Assembly (NCBI GenBank): GCA_023136205.1
Contig: JAGLRQ010000084.1
Coordinates: forward strand, 1-29,277
Direction: 5' to 3'
DNA length: 29,277 nucleotides
DNA from: Candidatus Auribacterota bacterium
GTDB lineage: Bacteria > Auribacterota > UBA6266
The notes below the pieces were generated by a model, which was given only the letters and a program-made list of their open reading frames with translations, did not search any database and was not told where the DNA came from. This document shows positions 25,895 to 29,277 of this stretch, in pieces (position 1 is the stretch's first letter; every line of letters begins with the position of its first letter). The translations under genes were made by a program, and so were the position numbers.

Positions 25895-27349
25895 CTATCC
25901 TTTTATCACACCTAAAGGCTTTAGTTTAACTACTTTCTTCGCAAGGCCGGCCCGCGCTACAACCTCAACAACATCATCAATATTCTTATACGAAGCCGGA
26001 GCCTCTTCAGAAAGCGTTTTCATTTTTTTAGCCCTGACACTTATTCCTCTTTTGTTAAGCTCTTTTCTCAAGCGCTCGGAATTTATGGTTTTAATTGCCC
26101 GTGATCGGGAAAGCAGCCTTCCCGCGCCATGGCAAACCGATCCGAAAGTTTCCGTAAGGGCACGCTCTGTCCCAACAAGCAGATAAGAGCTTGTCCCCAT
26201 TGACCCGGGAATTATAACAGGCTGCCCGGTTTTTTTAAATCGTCCGCCGAGTTCTGTGTGCCCTTGAGGGAACGCTCTCGTCGCGCCTTTTCTGTGGACA
26301 CAAAGCTCAATTTCTTTACCATCAACATTATGCCTTTCAATCTTCGCGATATTATGCGCGACATCATATACAAGAGTCAAACGCAAATTTGATTCACTAA
26401 TTCCTATAGACTCCAAAAGAGCTTTCTCGGAAAGACTCATTAAAACCTGCCTGTTAGCCCACGCGTAATTAGCCGCCGCCGACATTGCCGAAAAGTACTC
26501 TTTTCCTTCCGGGCTCCTGACAGGAGCGGATACAAGCTGTCTGTCTCTTATCTTTATCCCATATTTTTGAGCAGCCTGCGAGAGTTTTCGTATAAAATCA
26601 TCACACACCTGATATCCAAGGCCTCTTGAACCGGAATGAATCATGATCGCCATCTGCCCGATAAAGAGCCCGAAATCTTCTGCCAGGCTTTTATCATAAA
26701 TTTCCGTCACTTCCTGCAGTTCAATAAAATGATTCCCGGAGCCAAGCGTCCCAATCTGATTTTCTCCACGCTCATAAGCTCGTTTGCTAAGAGCATCCGC
26801 GTTTGCTCCTTTCATTTGCCCCATTTCTTCCGTTTTCTCAATATCTTCCTCTTTCCCAAAACCATTTTCAACCGCCCAGCGGGAGCCTTTTTCAAGGACT
26901 TTTTTTAAAACAGATTTCGAGGCTTTAATGGAACCTGTCGATCCAACGCCCAGCGGAATCCTGGAATAAAGCGTATTTACAATATCCTCAATTTTTCCCT
27001 TAATATCGCTTACTTTTACCGAAGTTGCCGCGAGGCGGACACCACAATTAATATCAAAACCAACACCGCCGGGTGAAATAACTCCCTTATCCATATCAAA
27101 GGCAGCAACTCCGCCTATGGGAAAACCATATCCCCAGTGAATGTCAGGCATTCCAAATGAATGTTTAACTATGCCGGGAAGAGCTGCGACATTCATTATC
27201 TGGTCAAGCGCGCCGCCATCCAACACGGAAGGCAGAGTTTCCGCGGAAGCATATATCCTGCCCGGGACATTCATAGCCCTGTCATAACTTACAGGGATCT
27301 CCCAGACAAAATCACTAACCTTTTTTAAATCTTCTTTCCTGAAACTCAT
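25895..27349 (-). CDS. rtcB: RNA-splicing ligase RtcB
   Basis: 484 aa. 'GFDINCG', 'GSGNHF', 'HSGSRGLG' and 'CHGAGR' motifs. Confidence 0.93.
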   Translation of the reverse strand: MSFRKEDLKKVSDFVWEIPVSYDRAMNVPGRIYASAETLPSVLDGGALDQIMNVAALPGIVKHSFGMPDIHWGYGFPIGGVAAFDMDKGVISPGGVGFDINCGVRLAATSVKVSDIKGKIEDIVNTLYSRIPLGVGSTGSIKASKSVLKKVLEKGSRWAVENGFGKEEDIEKTEEMGQMKGANADALSKRAYERGENQIGTLGSGNHFIELQEVTEIYDKSLAEDFGLFIGQMAIMIHSGSRGLGYQVCDDFIRKLSQAAQKYGIKIRDRQLVSAPVRSPEGKEYFSAMSAAANYAWANRQVLMSLSEKALLESIGISESNLRLTLVYDVAHNIAKIERHNVDGKEIELCVHRKGATRAFPQGHTELGGRFKKTGQPVIIPGSMGTSSYLLVGTERALTETFGSVCHGAGRLLSRSRAIKTINSERLRKELNKRGISVRAKKMKTLSEEAPASYKNIDDVVEVVARAGLAKKVVKLKPLGVIKG

Positions 27350-27765
27350 AAATCAAAAAATATATCCGTTGAATACCCTGTTTTAGTTTTTTTAATTCCA
27401 ACCTTGTAATATGTCGCCGCTTTTACTTCCACTCTTATTGTAACTCTAACCGGCTTAAAATTTACAATAATTTTATTCCCCTCAAAAATTATATGTATGT
27501 CTTTTGGAATTATGCTCTTTTGCTCGGCAAGAAATATAATCTCATTAAGCCACAAAATAAGAAGCTCCTCTTTTGAAGGAGCTTCAAGTGTGATTTTTTC
27601 TTCTTTAACAGGGGCAATCTCTTCCACTTCCATTAAATTGCACAGAGCCTTTGCCGCGTTCAGGAAAAGATCATTTGTTGTTTCGCCTTTTATAATAAAA
27701 CCGGCATCAGCCGTATGTTCTATGGGAATAATGTCGTTTCTTTCTTTTATATTATTTCTTCCCAC
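27346..27765 (-). CDS. archease (RtcB activator)
   Basis: 'IEHTADAGFIIKGETTNDLFLNAAKAL' is the archease N-terminal signature. The ORF opens at 27909, but that extra stretch is an alternate frame of the gyrA repeat tail. GTG at 27765 gives about 139 aa, the normal archease size. Overlaps rtcB by 4 nt. Confidence 0.78.
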   Translation of the reverse strand: MGRNNIKERNDIIPIEHTADAGFIIKGETTNDLFLNAAKALCNLMEVEEIAPVKEEKITLEAPSKEELLILWLNEIIFLAEQKSIIPKDIHIIFEGNKIIVNFKPVRVTIRVEVKAATYYKVGIKKTKTGYSTDIFFDL

Positions 27766-29277
27766 TGCGACGATCCTTGCCGCTGCGGCGCTCTTTCCCA
27801 CTGCGCCTTTCCTTGCCGCTGAATGGTTTTGTGTTGACACGACGGTCTTTGCCGCTGCGGCGCTCTTGCTTACGGCGTTCTTCTTCCATCCCCGCCTCCT
27901 TTTCAACATCCTCTTCGTTTTTAGATGTTACAACCTTTGAAACCGCGACAAGCTTATCTCCGGAGCCCAACTTAACAACCCTTACACCCTGGGTAGTTCT
28001 TCCTGTCGTTCTTATATCAGAGACAGAAATCCTTACCATTTTACCACCTGTGGTAAGCAGCATCGCCTCATCTCTATCCGTTACAACAAGCACACCTACA
28101 ACCTTGCCGTTTTTCTCCCGCGTTTTTACGGCAATAACACCTTTACCGCCTCTCTTTTGAATCCTGTATTCATCAAAGAGGCTTCTCTTCCCGGACCCTT
28201 TCTCGCACACTATCAGGAGGGTTTCTTCTTTGTTGACAACAACAGCGCTTACAACCTTATCATCTTTTTTCAGGCTGATGCCCTTGACGCCTCTCGTCGC
28301 TCTTCCCATATCCCTTATATCGCTTTCATTAAACCTTATGGAAATCCCGTTTCTTGTAACAATTGTCATTTCACTTTCGCCGTCTGTCATATTAACGCTT
28401 TTTAAATTATCTCCCTCGTCAATTTTTATGGCGATTATTCCGCCTTTGCGCGGGCTGCTGAAGGCGGAAAGGGCCGTTTTCTTAACGATTCCCTTTTCGG
28501 TTACCATCATAAGCCTTTTGCCTTCCTCAAAATCAGCCACCCTTATCAGCGCCGCAATCTGTTCATCCCCTTTTAGCTCAAGCAGGTTCACTATCGCTTT
28601 GCCTTTGGAAAGGCGCCCGCCTTCAGGTATTTCATAAACCTTTTTCCAGTAACATTTACCCAGAGACGTAAAGAAAAGCATATAATCATGTGTTGACGCG
28701 GTAAAAAGACGTTCAACAAAATCTTCTTCTTTTGTATCCATTCCGGTTACGCCTTTTCCGCCGCGGCGCTGCTGGCGATAGGTACTCACCCGGCATCTTT
28801 TTATATAACCCGTATGAGAAATAGTTATAATGCACCCCTCATTGGCAATCATGTCTTCAATTGACATTTCTTCTGCCGCCGCGATTATTTCCGTCCTCCT
28901 GGCATCCGCGTACTTCTTTTTAACTTCCTCAAGTTCTTCAATGATAATATTCAAAACCATTCTCTCATTGGCAAGAACATTTTTAAGATAAGCTATCCTC
29001 TTTATAAGCGCGCCGTATTCTTCATCTATTTTTTCTCTTTCCAGCCCGGTGAGCTGATACAGCCTCATATCCAGGATCGCGGTTGCCTGAATATCCGAGA
29101 GTTTGAACTTGGCTATTAAAACGGCCTTCGCTTCATTTCTGTCTTTCGATTTTCTTATTATTTTTACAAACTCATCAATATGGTCCAGCGCGATTTTAAA
29201 ACCTTCAAGGATATGGGCTCTCTGTTCCGCTTTTGTCAGTTCAAACTGGGTTCTCCTGATAACAACTTCTTTTCTGT
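27752..29277 (-). CDS. gyrA: DNA gyrase subunit A, C-terminal part (5' end outside the window)
   Basis: The reading frame stays open to the window edge. 'LYQLTGLEREKI', the beta-pinwheel repeats and 'QRRGGKG' (GyrA box) are present. It ends in an unusual basic SGK[DE]RR repeat tail. Confidence 0.93.
   Translation of the reverse strand, partial: RKEVVIRRTQFELTKAEQRAHILEGFKIALDHIDEFVKIIRKSKDRNEAKAVLIAKFKLSDIQATAILDMRLYQLTGLEREKIDEEYGALIKRIAYLKNVLANERMVLNIIIEELEEVKKKYADARRTEIIAAAEEMSIEDMIANEGCIITISHTGYIKRCRVSTYRQQRRGGKGVTGMDTKEEDFVERLFTASTHDYMLFFTSLGKCYWKKVYEIPEGGRLSKGKAIVNLLELKGDEQIAALIRVADFEEGKRLMMVTEKGIVKKTALSAFSSPRKGGIIAIKIDEGDNLKSVNMTDGESEMTIVTRNGISIRFNESDIRDMGRATRGVKGISLKKDDKVVSAVVVNKEETLLIVCEKGSGKRSLFDEYRIQKRGGKGVIAVKTREKNGKVVGVLVVTDRDEAMLLTTGGKMVRISVSDIRTTGRTTQGVRVVKLGSGDKLVAVSKVVTSKNEEDVEKEAGMEEERRKQERRSGKDRRVNTKPFSGKERRSGKERRSGKDRRSGKK

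Noticed and set aside
27766-27909. 48-codon N-terminal extension of the archease ORF ('..SAAAAKTVVS..SAAAARIVAV')
   Set aside because: It is the alternate reading frame of the gyrA C-terminal repeat and has Ala-rich low complexity. Archease homology starts only at 'IPIEHTADAG'.

Overview
AT-rich bacterial window, probably from an uncultured lineage, with housekeeping genes at both ends. The left end carries a yihY-like gene, metY, cysK and a PEP-CTERM protease. The right end carries tRNA-Ser(GCU), serS, rtcB, archease and a partial gyrA. Between them lies an accessory region of about 18 kb. Its core (9415-24211) is bracketed by hand-aligned 117-bp direct repeats, about 89% identical with a 55-bp perfect core. 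The right repeat abuts the 3' end of tRNA-Ser, so this looks like a decayed tRNA-linked genomic island. The island holds a truncated serine recombinase, an XRE regulator and a restriction-modification-like operon (GIY-YIG/T5orf172-helicase fusion, an N6-adenine methyltransferase, and a methyltransferase-like protein lacking NPPY). It also holds a Panacea-antitoxin/RelE-like toxin cassette flanked by 40-bp direct repeats. The most interesting part is a HEPN-dense locus at 11036-17844. It contains an RloC-like zinc-hook ABC ATPase with a PrrC/RloC-type nuclease tail, two standalone proteins with canonical R-N-x3-H HEPN motifs, a third possible HEPN-like protein, a 3-TM protein and a small unknown protein. 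I do not recognise this combination as a named defence system, and it is my best candidate for something undescribed. Whether these genes work together is inference only. Outside the repeats, 6053-9285 holds a Fic protein, a 5'-truncated IS200/RAYT-like gene and a nucleotidyltransferase two-gene module. All calls come from reading the translations and DNA by eye. No searches or computations were run.
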